Source: Lama glama (Eukaryota). From it: a DNA stretch of 64,000 nt. Positions 1 to 12,455 of the stretch are shown piece after piece. The DNA lies in NCBI GenBank assembly GCA_028534125.1, contig CM052816.1:41232001-41296000 (forward strand), in the 5' to 3' direction. Each line of letters opens with the position of its first letter. The stretch's first letter is position 1. The translations under genes were made by a program, and so were the position numbers. The notes under the pieces are model-generated. The model worked only from the letters and a program-made list of their open reading frames with translations, had not been told where the DNA came from and ran no database searches.

Positions 1-180
1 GACTTTCATATACAAACTAACCAATCCAGAGCCACACCTGTATCTGGCCCAGACACTCCAGAAGGAGAGAACATTTTTCTCTGCCTTAATTACCCCAAGA
101 CAAGTAGGAATCATGCCTACGGCCCAAAGCTCTTCAAAATTACTCCAATTAGACAATCTTGAACTATTTACCCTGTCCTA

Positions 181-794
181 TGTTCAAGAAAAAATTATTT
201 ATGACATCTGCTACAGTATCATAGACTTTATCCAGGACCAACCATCACAACAGGTATAGGAACCACTGCCGTGGGATGCTACAGTGGGGAGAGAGACTGG
301 ACTCAACTCTGAACGCAGCACAGGCAAGTGGGAATTTACAGCCAAGGAGCTGAGTGAAGACCAATGGAAGGGAATTAGTAAGAGAAAACATCCAGGTTAA
401 GGGGTGTTCTGGCTAGAAAGACCTAACAGAATTATTGCTCAAGACAGGCCACAGTGATCAGACAACATCTGAGGGACAGCAGAGCATAAGGAACCCGATT
501 AAATATTAAGAGTATTTAGGGAAGGTATAGCTCGGTGGTAGAGTGCATGCCTAGCCTGCATAAGGTTCTGGGTTCAATCCCCAGTACCTCCAAATAAATA
601 AGTAAACCTAATTACTCCCCTCACAAAAATACATGTATCTATATCAAAAGTATTCAGATCTGGAGGGTAAGGAATTCTTGCTAAACAGACTTCACAAGGT
701 TCTTGCTAAAACTTGATTTTACAAGGAAGTGACCAGAGGGACCTGGAAGTTTCAAAAGCCTCACTAAAGTTTGGTCAAGCAAGGATTCTTTGCA
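181..794 (-). mobile_element. ERV1-class solo LTR (MER31/MER67-like)
   Basis: Has TG...CA termini. The minus strand starts TGCAAAGAATCCTTGCTTGACCAAACTTTAGTGAGG, resembling the MER31/MER67 5' end (tgacaaagactctctccttgaccaaactttagtcagg). Confidence 0.7.
519..645 (+). mobile_element. Camelid tRNA-Ala-derived SINE (vic-1 type)
   Basis: A box (tagctcggtgg), B box (ggttcaatccc), AGC-type anticodon region, tail aaataaataagtaaacctaattac, and an imperfect TSD aagagtattta (508-518) / aaaagtattca (646-656). Confidence 0.9.
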
Positions 795-3700
795 TTGACT
801 TTCCCACAGAAACCCCAATAAAAGGCCTGGCACAGGCTCTCTCCTCAGTCCTCTCTCCTCCTCCTGACTGCACTGTGGTCTCCCCGGCCCCCTGCCTGGC
901 ACGCGGTAGCCCTCAGTACAAGTTCTGAGTGTGATGGACTGTTTCCTTCCCAGCCCCATTCTCGTCTCCGCCTGTGACCACGCCGACTTTAATATGTCCT
1001 ATTTGACACAGGCATTCTTAGGACAGCGACTGAGCTCTACACTTAAAAATGTTTAAAATGGTAAAATTTTATGTATATTCAACTACGATAAAAAAAAATG
1101 TTTACAGTCAATAATATCCAGCTGTCTTTTCAATCTCTCATATGGAAAAGGTGAATAGTTTACAAATCACTTAAATGTAAGTTATAAACAGAGGTTATAT
1201 ACATTGTCTCAACTGACAGCAACGTAAGTTGATGCATCTTAATTATATACTTTTAGCATGTATTACTTCAAAAATAAAGTGACCATTTTAAGATTATAAC
1301 ATTTGACGTAAGCTATTTTATCCATTTCTACATCAGACTTCTAAGATATCAAAAAGCCTGTATTACTCTTTTTGCACACAAAGAACAATTTTTCCATTTT
1401 ATAACTGTATAGAATTTATGTCTTCTAAGTCCACATCTTTTTATCTTTAGCTAAATTTTCACTTAAATAATTCTCCACCTATCTTAGCTTCTACACTTCA
1501 AGTGAAATTCAGATAAACATCTGGTTGCCAGAAAAGTTTGTAATACTAGTTTAAAATATACTGAGGTAGAGACATGAATTCTCACACTAAATTCCACAGA
1601 AAATCTCAGTGGTAGAATTTCTAGTAAAACACAATGAGAGATGTTTAAAAAAAAAAAGAAATAGAACCCAATATTTGTCCCTCTTTTTACAACAAATGCC
1701 AATTTAATAATGGCTGGGAGATTTATAAAAGAAATACTATTTTTTTTGTTAAACACTGATCATTTACCAAAAAACCAAAAACAAACTAAAATATTAATGT
1801 AATATTAATAATTAAAACTTAACATACTTATATACCATTAAGTAAAATTTGATTTTTTAATTACAAATAATAATATAAAATCTTCCACAAGCTAATTACT
1901 TGTGGATGATCATTAACCATCAGTAAATTTCATAAATTCACGTAATACATACTTATCTATAAGGTTCACATTTTCTGTAACTAGAATAAATTGAATAAAC
2001 AAAATGAGAGTTTTCTAATTTCTTTCCATGCAGTCGATATGAACCAAGTTTTGTACCTTAAAGATATCAGTTATATATTATTTCTTCTATTATTAGAGAA
2101 CTTCGAAAGGCTAACTTAGTTTGCTTTGTGTGAGTTAGTCATGTTTCATGAAAACAAACCTTCCAGTGTTCACAATCTTTTGGCAGAGCAAACAGTGAAC
2201 CTTTTTCATACAAAGTCTACCTTCTGAGCTACTTGAATCCAACTTCATTGATTTCAAAATATTTCACTAGTCTAGGGAGGTATTTGACCTTTATCATCTT
2301 TTGGAAGAAAAAGCACAAGGCTAATAATGCAGAGGCAAGCAACTGTCAGACTGTTGACAATATGGAAAAGAAACAAACAAGGAGTGTCTGAGGGCAGGGA
2401 TCCAACCAAGCTTACAGGGTTAAAAATAAGCCAGTGACAACAAATGAGTAATTGCACCACGTTTTCTGATACTCAATAACCCCCGATACCTGGAAAGGAA
2501 AAGCAGCAGGCAGCCACATTTCAAACTACCTTCAAGGGAGGTTGGGTCTCTGCTACATTTTAGCAATTCTAAACTCCAGGTAATAGCAACATTTCTTTTT
2601 CTTCATCATGTTTTTGGGCATGATCAAATACCTTTTCAAAAGATAGCAAGAATCTTATTCATCACTATCATAACCACCCCATGAAACAAATTAAGCATCT
2701 TCTGACTTACTTCAATGCTGAGTGTTATGTTAATTATGCTATAACAAAAATGGTCCACAGCCTCTGCCCTCAGGCTTCATCTTTTCCATCCTAATTGTTT
2801 GTTAATGCAATAGGTATTCCATTGCTTCCTTTTTACAATCTGTATATAAGGCACATGTCAGAAGCCTGCAAAGCCTAATTAGTGATGCAAATGTTTTTTT
2901 CCTGAGAAAAGGACTTCAAATGAATTTAGGATGAAATCAGTGTTTTTATGCATTTCACCTCTTTCTAGAATCAAATTCACCCAAGAATATGTAATTTGCT
3001 GACAAAATTTACTAAGAGGTTTAGATTAATGTGAAAAAACTTGAATTCCATTAGAGAAATGTTTTGTAGGAAAAGTTATCCAAGGTAATTGTATCCTCAA
3101 TGGTACATTTAACTAATGCTATTCTGTTTATGTGTTACAAGGAAATAAGACACCTACCACGGAAATCCCTGACAGAGGTTCAGGCAAAGTAAAGGGAATA
3201 GAAAATTAAATCAATTATATAGGAAAAGGCACTAGAAAGCCCTAGATGGTTAATCAGAACGCTGGGTTTTGGTTGAGTTTTGAGGGGTTTTTCCCCCTTA
3301 GTGATGACACTGTAAGACTTTCATCAGGATAATTATACTCTCAGTTTCCTCATAGAAAATAAAACTTTAGATACTTTCTAAGGTTCCTCCCAGCTCTGAA
3401 TTCCTCATTTTTAAATTAGGTAGACTTTTCAGCTCAAAAGCTGCATTTAAAAAAATGAAGTTACTATTAACCACACACATAATTATTAAAGCAACTTTTA
3501 GCTCAAATTTTTTAACACATGAAATCATTTCTTTATGCATCACCTTTATCTTCTGACTTTTATACTTTCAACTATCGTATCCACGCATGTAAATAAGAAT
3601 GAAAATAATATTTAACTGAATAATTTTAAATGATGTCCCATTAAAATATAATTCTAAACTGTTTACCAAAATACACAACTTATTCTCTAAGCTATCTGTT

Positions 3701-4220
3701 AATAACTCATAATTCTTTCCAACCCCTATGAAAACAAATCATACATATATAACCATACACATATGTGTATTTGTGTGTGTATACAAATACACATTAAGTG
3801 CATGTAAGGTTCCACATTAATTATATATAAAAGCACATACACACATATTTAGTTCATGTAAAGGCCAACAAGAATTGAAAATTAAACCAAAGTCTGTCTT
3901 AGAACCTCTATTGAAAACCCTACGTGAAGATAAACTCAAAGTGATGGAATAAATCTAGTTGTCTCTGTCGCAGTATATATCAAAACTGTTGCAGCTTCTT
4001 CTCATCTTCAAAATCCTTGAGAAAAAGAACCTTGTTTAACTGGGGGCATTTATCCAGGAGGAACCCTATGTTTGTGGAATGAATAAATAAACAAATTTTA
4101 CCTTGTGTCAATCTTCAGGCACCTTTGGTCGTTATTACAATTTATAAATGTCTGGGTAACTACTGCTTGCCTCTCCCTCAGAATTACCTCATTGCCTTTT
4201 TTTTTTTAAATAATGCATCA

Positions 4221-4465
4221 ATTCAATTTATTCAACAAATATTTACTGAGCACTAGGTATGGTTTGAGGTGCAAGGGATTCATCAGTAAATAAAAATAAA
4301 GAAACACTTGGTTTATTAGAGGCAAAATGGAAATGTAAGGGCAACGGTGCCCCTGAGGTTGGCAGTGGCGCACATGAGAAAATCAGGTGCACTGAGAGGG
4401 TATGGAAATTTTAAAGATAATGTCAAGACAGGCCTCATTTAGAAGATGACACACAAGCAAAGAAT
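4221..4465 (-). mobile_element. L2 3' fragment
   Basis: attcaatttattcaacaaatatttactgagcac is the reverse complement of the L2 3' terminus; further L2-like sequence follows (aggcctcatttagaagatgac). Confidence 0.7.
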
Positions 4466-5365
4466 AAAACCAAAATCACTTTTGTTGGCTTTTCTTATTC
4501 TTTATGATATCTTTTGGTGTTGTGATAGGAATTTTAAAATATCCTTGATAGATGTCTAAAGCTGTGCATGTGTTAAGTTCTACCTGGTGGCAATAGTTCA
4601 CCCAAAAACTGACAGGTGTNNNNNNNNNNNNNNNNNNNNNNNNNNNNNNNNNNNNNNNNNNNNNNNNNNNNNNNNNNNNNNNNNNNNNNNNNNNNNNNNN
4701 NNNNNNNNNNNNNNNNNNNNNNNNNNNNNNNNNNNNNNNNNNNNNNNNNNNNNNNNNNNNNNNNNNNNNNNNNNNNNNNNNNNNNNNNNNNNNNNNNNNN
4801 NNNNNNNNNNNNNNNNNNNNNNNNNNNNNNNNNNNNNNNNNNNNNNNNNNNNNNNNNNNNNNNNNNNNNNNNNNNNNNNNNNNNNNNNNNNNNNNNNNNN
4901 NNNNNNNNNNNNNNNNNNNNNNNNNNNNNNNNNNNNNNNNNNNNNNNNNNNNNNNNNNNNNNNNNNNNNNNNNNNNNNNNNNNNNNNNNNNNNNNNNNNN
5001 NNNNNNNNNNNNNNNNNNNNNNNNNNNNNNNNNNNNNNNNNNNNNNNNNNNNNNNNNNNNNNNNNNNNNNNNNNNNNNNNNNNNNNNNNNNNNNNNNNNN
5101 NNNNNNNNNNNNNNNNNNNACACCTGTCAGTTTTTGGGTGAACTATTGCCACCAGGTAGAACTTAACACATGCACAGCTTTAGACATCTATCAAGGATAT
5201 TTTAAAATTCCTATCACAACACCAAAAGATATCATAAAGAATAAGAAAAGCCAACAAAAGTGATTTTGGTTTTATTCTTTGCTTGTGTGTCATCTTCTAA
5301 ATGAGGCCTGTCTTGACAGTATCTTTAAAATTTCCATACCCTCTCAGTGCACCTGATTTTCTCAT
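4374..5365. repeat. 246-bp inverted duplication (4374-4619 / 5120-5365) directly flanking the assembly gap
   Basis: The arms are reverse complements with one mismatch seen (A4420 vs G5319). The ORF track shows mirror-image peptides on both strands. Confidence 0.97.
4620..5119. other. Assembly/scaffold gap of exactly 500 N
   Basis: Run of 500 N; the round number suggests a fixed-size scaffolding spacer. Confidence 0.99.
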
Positions 5366-5416
5366 ATTTATATTTATATTTATTCCTTTATATTTACTTT
5401 TATAAGTAATAGAATT

Positions 5417-5441
5417 TATATTAAAATTGGAACAACATAGA
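5417..5441 (+). pseudogene. Possible degenerate U6 snRNA fragment
   Basis: tatattaaaattggaacaacataga matches U6 TATACTAAAATTGGAACGATACAGA at 21/25, and all differences are transitions. The flanks do not align well. Confidence 0.35.
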
Positions 5442-5569
5442 TGAAAGAACAGTATCCTTCATCAAATTTCAAGTTCATGGGAAGAGTTTCCAAAGCAAGG
5501 AGTCAAAAAAGAGAACAACCAAGATAAATTCAGAGGTTTCGGGTAATGATGCCTCCACATCTGGCCTCA

Positions 5570-6063
5570 CCACACAGAACTCCTTCAGTAAACTTGAAAT
5601 TTGACACCTGTACTTGTAGCCCAGGCTGCTCTGGGATGCTGTTGGAAGGTCATCAAGAAGACGTGACCACAGGTTTGACCTTCAAGCTGGACTTGGCATT
5701 TAGAACCTGCTCACCCCTACCCTGTCTTTGTAGTGTGTGCCCCATTTGCCTTCCCCCTGCCTGAAGCTACCCAAGAACTCAGCCTTGAGTTAGTAATGTG
5801 GTGTTGAAACCACCTAGAACATATATATGACTAAATCCAGTTAAAGCCTCTATAAAATCTTCAAGATTTGGCAGGCAGATGCAGAAGTCTACTCATGTTG
5901 CAACCACCCAAGAGAAGCCTCTTAAGTTCCCTTGCTCATTAAATTTGCCACCTACCAATCTGGAGTGGCCTGCCTTTTTCTCCAGTCTCACCCTGTCCTC
6001 CAAGTATGAGAGACTGTTTCCAATTACAAAGAGGGAAGCTCCCAAAGAGGTTGCAACCCAACA
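5570..6063 (+). mobile_element. ERV1-like solo LTR
   Basis: LTR layout with TATA box tataaaa (5851), poly(A) signal attaaa (5938) and a U5 ending ...gcaacccaaCA (6063). The 5' boundary is uncertain. Confidence 0.6.
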
Positions 6064-9000
6064 GATACAGACAAAAATTCCAGTATGCATTAAACCTGCC
6101 TCTGGTGGCCAGCTCTCCTCCACATTAAAAATCCAACCACAATTTCTGAAAAATAGCCTAAGCCAAGTCTGATTGTTCTGTGTTGTATCCAGGGACAGAT
6201 GTCATATAGAGGAGAAAACAAACAAAGGAACTTCTAAATAGAAACTAAGAAGGCTTTAATGGCTGATTGAGAAAATGGAAGCACATTGGCTTAATAGTAT
6301 AGTGACTGGAAGGGGCAGGGACAAATGATCAGAGGTTACACAGTAAAGATATTTTCTAGCTATGTGAGATGTTAGGTGAGGGACTGAAAACAGAAACCTA
6401 TCTAGAGAGAGAAATACTTTATCGATACATATGCTTAAAAGTACAACTTCTCACTGATTTTGTCAAAGCTGGGAGCTAGAATTTTGATTTTGGTAATGCT
6501 TGAGAAACCTCCAAATCCAAATGTGGACGTCTCTTAAATTTCCAAGCATATGTGGAAGGAAGTCTTTAACTGTGGAGTTTTTTTTTTTTTTTTGAAAATG
6601 TCAAAAAAGATTTGTGGAATGTAATTAAACCCATATTCTGAAATGCTAGTTATATCCTGATTTTATATATATGTCACACACACAAACAATAAACTCACCA
6701 ATACATGTTGCTTGTATACTTCACAATGACTAAGACACCACAAGCATGGACCTCACAGAATTTCGTCCTTTAGCCAATATGGCTAAGATAGGCACACACT
6801 GCTCCATCTGCAATTCCTTCCACGTGTCCTACACTGCTTTGTCTCAAACCCACCTGGTCCTATATAGGAATATCCATTCCTGCTCTCAGATTAATACTAT
6901 AAAGTTAGTTTGCTCAGTACTCACTCAGAATGCAGTTTTTAATGTGCAGACTGCGGTATCACATCCCTAGCTCTGTGCTTGGTCTACATAGTCTCCTCAA
7001 GTAGAAGAATCCTGTTCTCAGGGTTTATTTCTGATCATCATCTGGCAGGTTTTAAAAAAAACTCTTGCAGGAAAAAGGTTTTGGAGTTCAACTTGAAAAC
7101 AGGTCCACTACCCTTCTAGCGGTGCTGCTTTAGAAGCACCATCAAGCACATTGTTGGGAAGGACAGCTCTGGATGTTGCTGATTAAGACTGCCTGCCCAC
7201 ACTGCCAAGTGCTGGAGAACAACTAAGGAGGCAATACCCAACATGGAGTTAGAGAACACATGACGAAGGTACTAAACGGTTAGGAATTGCATACATTTTT
7301 ATCATGGTCATTGATGGAACCATGAGGGAAACTTTCGCTGAGCCTGAGCCTGTGCATGCAGACTTGTCCACTACACAACCTCAAGCCTAGAGGGGGAAAG
7401 AGAAGCAGCAGTCAGGGAGCTAGAGTGATGGCTTTTCCTAAAATTAGTCAGAATCAGCATTTAAAAAAACAGGCTGATGGTAAACTTGTGGCTGAGTATA
7501 ACAAATGGACTGGGTGCTCAACATCTGGCCTTGCCACATTCAACTTCAACAAAATAGCGCTGAACTGACAAACCTGTCACTTTTCCTCTTGCAAACTGGA
7601 CGTTCTTGCTTTTATAAGCCCCATCCTCAACTTTAATCTAAGAAACAGTCTTCATGGGCCTTTTTCCCCTTATATATACATATATCCAAGTAAGTCTCCA
7701 ATACTTTACCCTTATTGTGAATTATTCTCTGCAGCTTAATAATCACTCTCCCTGATTGTCTTTATTTTTCTTTCCTCCGTAAAAAGTTCTGATCAAAGGA
7801 TCTCTTCAGTATGGCTGTCAGTTTCACAAAGCTGTGAAATATTTTAAACAGACATTAATCTTCAGCCTTCTGACCACTTTCCCTTGCTAACTCACGTGGA
7901 TCCCTAGGTGGCCATTAACACTTGATTTTTATGATCATTGATTGCTGCAATAGCACTCCCTTTGGTTTTCACTAAAACCACTTAGGTTCCTCAGTGTGAA
8001 AGAAAATAGAATCTGTAGTTGCACTTGCTGCTGTTCTAACTTATTGTGCAGCATTTTTATTGGATCAAATTAGATATTACATATTACAGTATCCATAGAC
8101 CGATAAAAGGACTCTGCATATGTGTTCCATTATTGTCATTTCAGTTAGGATTAAGAATCTACTACCAAGTATGGAGAAGCGAGAGAGAATGTGAATGAGA
8201 CAGTAGTACTCTAGAATGCTACCATTTTAGCTGTACCTTAGCTCTTTGACATCTGCAGCATTTGTTTCCATGACTTTTGCCAATATGACCATAAGTCTCA
8301 CCTCTAAGTGGAATCTCCATACTCAGACTATGAGCTGTCTATGGTTCTTCCCTCACCCACAATTATACAGCAGATGGTGAAAATGACTCAGAATAAATCT
8401 GTTGGATCAGTTTTTCAAAGGCAAGAACAGTCAACCAGACTGTTGACTACCTTGGCACTGAGCCTTGTGGACAGTTAGGGGGAACTGCCGCTGCATGAAT
8501 ATGCAAATAAATGAAATTGAACTCTGCAAGGGTGGAGACAATATTTTCAGTCTTTCAGTGTCTCTTCCAAGCTTCTATCAACGTCTTAATAGTGACACCT
8601 GACTTCAGTGGAGCAGAAGGGCTTCTGCATTCCAATTTTTCTTACTTTCTTGATAGCATTTTCCTTTAACAGATTGAGCAATGACTGTCAGCATAAATCA
8701 ACAATTTTCAGAGCTGTAGAGAGTCTCAGAAGTCATTTTATTCTATTCCTTTTAGAAGATAAAATGAGGCTAAAGAAGGTTAAAGAGATGATGTGACCTG
8801 CTCGCCCTGTACAACCTTTCTTTCCAAAGGTCTTTCCAAATCCATCTTCTTTGAGTTGAATAATTTTGATTTGCAAATATTAAATCATTTTTATCAGCAG
8901 AAACATGGCTAGTATTTAATTTCCAACCTTTATTTCTGGACTCTACTTACTTTTAATGGAGATAATTAAGAAAGTCATAAAGTACAGGCAGCTATTGGCT

Positions 9001-9358
9001 CACTTTGTTTGGAATCATATTTAAGTATGTCCCAATAGCTCCAAGGTAATATCAAAGTTTCTAGATTTTAAATATACTTAGGACCTCGGAGAGAAAGCAG
9101 AATTCTTAGTTCTTGAGTGAAGAAGCTGTGGGAATTTCAGCAACCTACGTTCAAGATCTTTAGGAACACAGGTCCCAGAAATGCCTGGAAAGGATTGCTA
9201 TCCTGATCCCCAAAGCCCGAAGCCATAAATGCAGAACTTAGTTTCTCGTATGTATTACAGTTGGCTCTGAGAGGTGCAGGCTAGGAGTCTGTTGTTTCTT
9301 TCTAGATATGCTATATCTCCTGAAAAAAGGAAGAAAGGAAGAAAGAAACAGATGCTTC

Positions 9359-9823
9359 TGTATTCATTTCCTGCTTCTGCTGTAAAAAACCAGCAACATA
9401 ATAAGTTAAAGCAACACAAATTATTTTATAGTTCTGATGATCAGGAGCCCCATGTCAGCTTTAATGGGTTAAAGGGAAAGAGTCAGCAGAGTTAGTTTCT
9501 CCTGGAGTCTCCAGAGAAAGTTCTGTTTCCCTATCATTTTCTGCTTCTAGAGACTACCTGATTTCTTGGCTCATGGCCCATTCCTTCAACTTCAAAGCCA
9601 GCAATGTGGCATTTTCTATCTTCTCTGACCTCTGATTCCATCATTGTATCTTGTCAACCTCTGATATTCTTGCCTCCCTCTTGCTGAGCCCATCCAGATA
9701 ATCCAGGATAATCCCCCCATCTCAAGACCCTCAGTCACATCTGCAAAGTCCCAAAGAAAACAGATCCATAGCTTCCAGACATTAGAATATGAACATCTTG
9801 GGACCATTATTTGGCCTACTATA
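9359..9823 (-). mobile_element. MaLR solo LTR (MLT1C/D-like)
   Basis: Typical MLT1 reverse-strand motifs: tgtattcatttcctg..gctgtaa, cttctagag, ggctcatggccc, ccagataatccaggataatc, cacatctgcaaagtccc, gaacatcttgggaccattatttggcctac. Confidence 0.85.
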
Positions 9824-11399
9824 ATTTCCTAGATCTCTATCAAATCATGGTCTCAATTCTGGAAAAATGGGAGCTGTATTTTCTAAAGGAACGTGACGAT
9901 GAAGCTATCTTGCCTTCTTTTGTCCTCCTCCCAAACCCAGTTAGGCTAGGACAATCCTGAGGGACGTGTATATCAAGAGACAACACAGAATTTGGAAGGA
10001 TAATACTTCAGAATCCTCAGGAAGTGGGAAAAGCAAAACCAGCAGTCAGGAGGGATAGTCAAGTTGAAGAGAAGCCAAATGGCTTCTCAAACCAAAGGTG
10101 ATTGGCAGTGGCTTAAATGACAGAGGTTCGTGATCAAGGCACATCAGAACCACAACCCTGAGCCCCAAGTTCAAATGTGAGAGAAATTATATGTGATTTA
10201 TTTTGTTTCAAGCTCTGTATAATATGATTAAATCAGAGGCCACACTGATACGTTAGCCAGTATCCCTATATGAAATGCTCAGTCTCTCATTGCCACCTCT
10301 CACCTCTGATTGTCTCTTCAGATGATGTTCAGACCTACAGAAGAAGTATAAAGTCAGTAGCCAAAATGTCCTTCTCAAGTTTGGGGTGAGAATTTTCCTA
10401 ACCTTCTGCTGGTCTTGGGGCACACGATGACTGGCACACTCTTGGGTCCACAGCGACTAGCTTTGTAATCAACCTTGGTTTAAATCAGTGCGTTAGGGGA
10501 TAACACTCCCAGGCTTGGTCCTAGCCTGATAGTGCTCTCTGGCTGACCCATCCTGACCTTACCTCCTCCTGGCTGGAGCCCCCTCCAGAAGTCTTCAACA
10601 TCCCCCATTCAGACCTCTGGCTCAACAGTGCTCCCTGTCCTCTGCTGCAAACATGACAGACCTGCTGCCACCACAACGCATCTGCTGGGGCTTCACTCAC
10701 CATCCACGATACACACCAACTGAGAGCTGCATGTGAAAATCTAACCCTCAGGCCTTTCTGTCTGACCACACTCCATAACATGGTGTACTTCAGCCTGTCT
10801 AAAATTGTGCCTTCAAGGTGGTCTCTGGGTCAAGTATCAAATAAGAGCTCCCAGCCTCATCATTCATTTCAGCTCATGTCGCATATATATGCACACGGAT
10901 GCACACGCACGTATCATTCCAGGCTGAAGGCAAAAAGAGGACATTGAGAAATAGGAAAATGAAATAATACCTATCTCCTTTTTCCCCTCTGCCATTCTTC
11001 AAGGATAGAAAAGGACACAGTTTTGCTGACTTCTATTGCATAATCCCTTCCTTCTGACTCCAGCCAAGCCTTAAAGGTATACAGGAATAATTTATCCTAA
11101 GTATGAGAGCCTTCTATGATATGAGTTGCATAAATTCAGTAATTAATGTTTTACTTTGGGGTATGTAAGTTTAGTAAAAATGTTTTCTGATGTTCTGTTT
11201 AACGTGTCAGAAACTGAATATTGTCTCAGCAAAATTCTCATTCCTTTTGTAGGAAATTGTAATAGAAGCCTCAGTGGAAATAGTGTAAAAGTCTTACACT
11301 TAAAAAGCAGAAGAGAAAGTAAAAGTACTTTTTTAGTTTCCTCTGTTTGAAAAGGTTAACGTCACTAGTGACCTGTCATGTGATACCTTATACTCTTGC

Positions 11400-11812
11400 T
11401 ATAACAGAATGCAAAGGGCCATTCAGTTCTGTGGTCTTCTTCCCTATTAATCCCAGTCTAATCATGACAGAAACACCAAATAAACCCAAATTGAAGAGGA
11501 CAAGTACTCCATGAACCTCTCAGGTCTTGAAAAAGATTGACTGAGAAATGTCACAGACCAGAAGAGACTGAGAAGACTTGACAACTAAATGCAATATGGA
11601 TGGGATCCCGGAATTGAAAAAAGGTATCATGGAAAAACTGGTGAAATCTAAATAAAGTCTTTAGTTAACAATATTGTACTGATATTGGTTTCTTAGTTTT
11701 GAAAAATGTACCAGGGTAACGTAAAATGCTAACATTGGGGCCAACTAGGAGAGGGGTATAGGAGAACTCAGATTTTTCTTCACATTCTATGATCCATAAG
11801 TATTTCAAAATA
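11400..11812 (+). mobile_element. Old L1 3'UTR (L1MC-like)
   Basis: cccagtctaatcatga..., gacaactaaatgcaat, ggaaaaactggtgaaatctaaataaagtct, gctaacattggg. Interrupted at its 3' end by a younger L1. Confidence 0.75.
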
Positions 11813-12093
11813 GAACAGACATAGAAAAAAACTATGGTTACCAAAGGGGAAAGGGGTGAGGGGATAATTAGGAGTTTGTGATTAACATATACACACATAT
11901 ATAAAACAGGCAAAAACTAAGACCTACTGTATAGCACAGGGAACTATATTCAATTTCTTGTAATAACCTATAATGGAAAAGAATCTGAGTGTATGTTTAT
12001 GTATAACTGAATCACTTTGCTGTACACCTGAAACTAACAACATTGTAAATCAACTATACTTTGATAAAAAATTAAAAATTAAATTAAAAAAAT
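11813..12093 (+). mobile_element. Young 5'-truncated L1 3' end
   Basis: tatggttaccaaagggga...tatagcacagggaactatattcaa...tgtaaatcaactatact followed by an A-rich tail; approximate TSD atttc(c)aaaata. Confidence 0.9.
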
Positions 12094-12134
12094 TTCCAAA
12101 ATAAAAAGGTTGTATAAAAACAACAGAATTAGTG

Positions 12135-12455
12135 ACACACCATTTCCAAGATTAGGTTATGAAAACACAGACTTCCACCTTGCTCACTTCTAACCCTAGA
12201 GTCTGCACTCTGGGGAAGCAAGTTGCCATGTTGTCAACAGCCCCACCAAGAAGCTCAAAGAAGTGGTGTCTCCAGTCAACAGGAAGCAAGGACCTACGCC
12301 TACCAAGCATTTACATAAATGAACTTGGAAGTGATTCTCATCCACCCTAGCCTTGAGATGACTGGAGCCTCAACCGATACCTTGATTTCAATCCTGTGAC
12401 AGGCTTAGAGATGTCCAACTAATTCATGGATTCCTGACCAACAGAAACTCTGGGA
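12135..12455 (+). mobile_element. MaLR LTR fragment (MLT1E/F/G-like)
   Basis: ttccaagattaggttat..., gaacttggaagtgattct, gccttgagatgactggagcc, ggattcctgaccaacagaaact. Confidence 0.7.

Larger units (their letters stand above)
1..1008 (+). mobile_element. Old ERV1-class solo LTR (MER34/MER39-like), split at 180/795 by a second LTR
   Basis: Contains ccaatccagagccacacc near the window start. The segment ending ccctgtccta (171-180) resumes as ttgactttcccacagaaaccccAATAAAagg (795-825), as recalled for MER34/39-type LTRs. The 5' end lies outside the window and the 3' end is approximate. Confidence 0.55.

Noticed and set aside
519..591. tRNA-Ala-like sequences (also at about 19110-19187, 21494-21570 and 48834-48910) as tRNA genes
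   Set aside because: They are mutually diverged and carry A-rich SINE tails, three of them with TSDs, so they are SINE heads.
3755..3793. Hairpin/palindrome as a pre-miRNA
   Set aside because: Formed by low-complexity (CA/TG/TA) sequence, and the stem is too short.
4476..5263. Four long ORFs (184-215 aa) in the ORF track
   Set aside because: They are open only because they cross the 500-N gap, and their mirror symmetry comes from the inverted duplication.
11360..11373. Palindrome cGTCActagTGACc as an estrogen response element
   Set aside because: The spacer is 4 nt rather than 3, and one half-site is imperfect.
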